This document shows positions 61,522 through 64,000 of a stretch of 64,000 nt of DNA, piece by piece; position 1 is the first letter of the stretch; each line of letters begins with the position of its first letter. The position numbers were made by a program, and so were the translations under genes. Source of the stretch: Chrysomallon squamiferum. Taxonomy: Eukaryota; Animalia; Mollusca. Location of the stretch: the NCBI GenBank assembly GCA_012295275.1, contig CM022672.1:6820001-6884000 (forward strand). The letters run 5' to 3'. The notes below the pieces were generated by a model that was not told the DNA's origin, made no database searches, and saw only the letters and a list, made by a program, of their open reading frames with translations.

Positions 61522-64000
61522 ACGCTAATGATAATGATTAAATATTAGAATAAGCCGTGTGTGTACGGTGTTTTTATCTCTTTATTTGTGTGTGTACGCG
61601 CGCGCGCGTGTGTGTGTGTGCTTGTGTGTATGTGAGTAATTATATAGTTGGATAAACTAACAGCAGTGTTCACAGACTGATCTGAACAGAATATCACCAG
61701 TGACAGCACTACACACCAAATACAACTTTAAAACTAATTACAACAGTTATTCGATACATTACAGCTTCTAATAATGAAACTTTACCTACTGGTATAGATA
61801 CAAGACAACTTTAATGTCATTAGACATAACTGCTGCTAATGAGTTATGCTGTTTGGGAGGAAACCTTTACGTTTTTATAGTTATCTTTCTATTTTATCTT
61901 ATCGGTTGTATTCATTTTTTTTCTCTAGGCAGATTTTCCACATCCTTAGAAAAAGAGATAAAACGTGACTGCCAAATAACTATAGACTTACCATGCTGTT
62001 TCGGATGTAGAAAAAACTTTTAAGTTGTTTTTACTGGAACATTAAGTGTTTGCTTCCACGCATGAAATTTTCACTTTAAAAATCATTCAAACTCTTTCTT
62101 TTAGCTGTTATCATCGCAGTATTATCAAAAAGAGCTTGTACAAAGATAAAGTTTCTTTACATACAAATAACTTGAGATATCTAAAATAAAAAATTCCTCC
62201 CCCCCCCCACAAAAAATATCCGATTATTAAAACACACTCTTCAGTCATGGACTTAGAATATTAACTAAGGAAATGAATGATATTATTATTTTCTAGAGTG
62301 ATAGCAATCATATTAGCATTGCCAAATTACAGACATGTCTAAATTAATAAGTGTCATCTCAACGTATAATCACTATCATTATAGTACGTCTGCAAGCTTA
62401 ATTAGCTAACTACATAGAATAATAAACTATTCCTGCAGATGTTTGTTTAAAATCAGTGTATTTAAAACGTAACATTCAGTACTGCCGCAATCCAGATCAA
62501 TGTAAGTGAATTATAGGAAGTGAAATCATATTAAGAAGATAAGTATTATATCCATAAGACGATATCTGCAGTAATCAATACTACATAATTGTATTCCATG
62601 AGGTTTGATTGGAATCCAGTGGTCGAAGGAAATCTGATTTATGGCTATGACTACAAAGCTGACCAAGCCGATTATAATCTGGAAGTCAAGGCAAATATAG
62701 CAGGAAGTTATGAATACACGGCCGACACAAATTAGTCTTAGATATGCGTCCCAGAAATATATCCGACATTAATTTCTCTCAGCCGCATTTATGTAAACGT
62801 GTGTTTGCGTTTATGTGTGTATGAGTAGTTTTTGCAGAGAGCTGTCAGAACGTGCCTGAGTTGGACAAAGCTCTCACAAGGTCTGTTCGAAACAGATGAA
62901 AACAGCTGCTAAAATAAAGCTATCATCTTAACTGTACTGACCATTACGACAATGATGACGAAAATGAACAGCAAATTTAAACTGACTTCCTCAGTTACAA
63001 AACACATTTGTCTCCTGGATTGTCTTATGTCCAGATTCAGTGAACTTCTGTGTACAGTATACTTCTATTTAAACAAAAATAATATAAATTCAAAAAATAA
63101 TAATTTTCTTTTCTGTTGTTTTTCTCACATCTTACTACATTTATCTTTGTAGTTCAAACATTATATTTGATAAAATAATACATTCTGTTTCTTGTTATGA
63201 ATTGCTTAATCACTTTAACGAAAAAAAATTTTCATGTAATATCTACTCACAATATAATAATAATAAAAAAATAATATGAAAAGATTTTTTTTATAGTAAG
63301 CAATAAAATATCGCTAACATTTGTTTGATGTTTGTATAAACATTTATATGATTTCTGTTTTCTTTGTGTATATCTTTGTTTTATTTGTATGTGTGTATGT
63401 CTGTGTGTATGCGCGCGTGTAAATGTGTGTATATGTGTTACTGTATGCTATTAATATTGATACATATTTTATCATGTAAGATTTATGTTACACATACAAA
63501 CAAACCAATTACAAATTTTGCTATTTTTGTAGTGAATGCATGTAGTAATTTATGTTTTTTCTGGTTTAATTTAATCTAGATAAAAATTATTTTATTTATT
63601 CAATATAAATTTCTTTTTAAATGAATAATTAAAACTGAAGACTAATAAGAAGAAAATAAGGAAGTTTACGGTACTGAAAAAAAAAAAACCCAGATGAAAA
63701 CATTGTGGGTGCGGATCAAATACGTAATTTAAAATCGCTGTCCGGTCACTGGGTTGAGGATCAAGTTTAGACAGTCACAGCTATTAAAGTTTACATGGCA
63801 CACAGACGGCGAAGAGATCAGTGAGCAAGGAACTTGTACGTACACGTGTAGACTAACACAATTTAAGTTAACACTCGTGGCGTCCAAATGCCTTCATGGT
63901 TCAGCAGCAGAACGGAGAATGCTGGCGGGTAAACATGTGTGTGTGCCAAACACTGCTACATTAATCTTCTCTTGTTAACTAGGTTCTTGATAAATCGCAC

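Overview
AT-rich, microsatellite-dense eukaryotic (metazoan) genomic DNA; a mollusc or other lophotrochozoan is plausible but cannot be proven from the sequence. Layout: (1) 1-5342, eight minus-strand exons with canonical GT-AG junctions that splice in frame into the C-terminal half of a choline transporter-like protein (SLC44A2/4/5 = CTL2 clade), with a small hAT-type MITE and a degenerate tandem repeat in its introns. (2) A 200-N scaffold gap at 6393-6592; the 5' half of the gene is not visible. (3) About 15 copies of a CpG-rich, dyad-rich ~374-bp satellite (6593-12190). (4) Directly abutting it, about 15 copies of a ~550-690-bp hierarchical satellite with 35-bp cores, an internal (GT)n tract and a 5-mer higher-order pattern (12191-~21720). 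(5) A 30-bp inverted repeat pair and a motif cluster shared with that satellite (22858-23844). (6) About 40 kb with no recognisable intact protein-coding gene, holding an intron-containing tRNA-Arg(CCT), an internally deleted Tigger/pogo transposon, several minisatellites and many microsatellites. Nearly all ORFs in the supplied track are repeat artefacts. I found no clear new multi-gene system; the best leads are the two adjacent satellites, the motif shared between satellite B and its flank, and the Arg-CCT tRNA intron. All counts are by eye.
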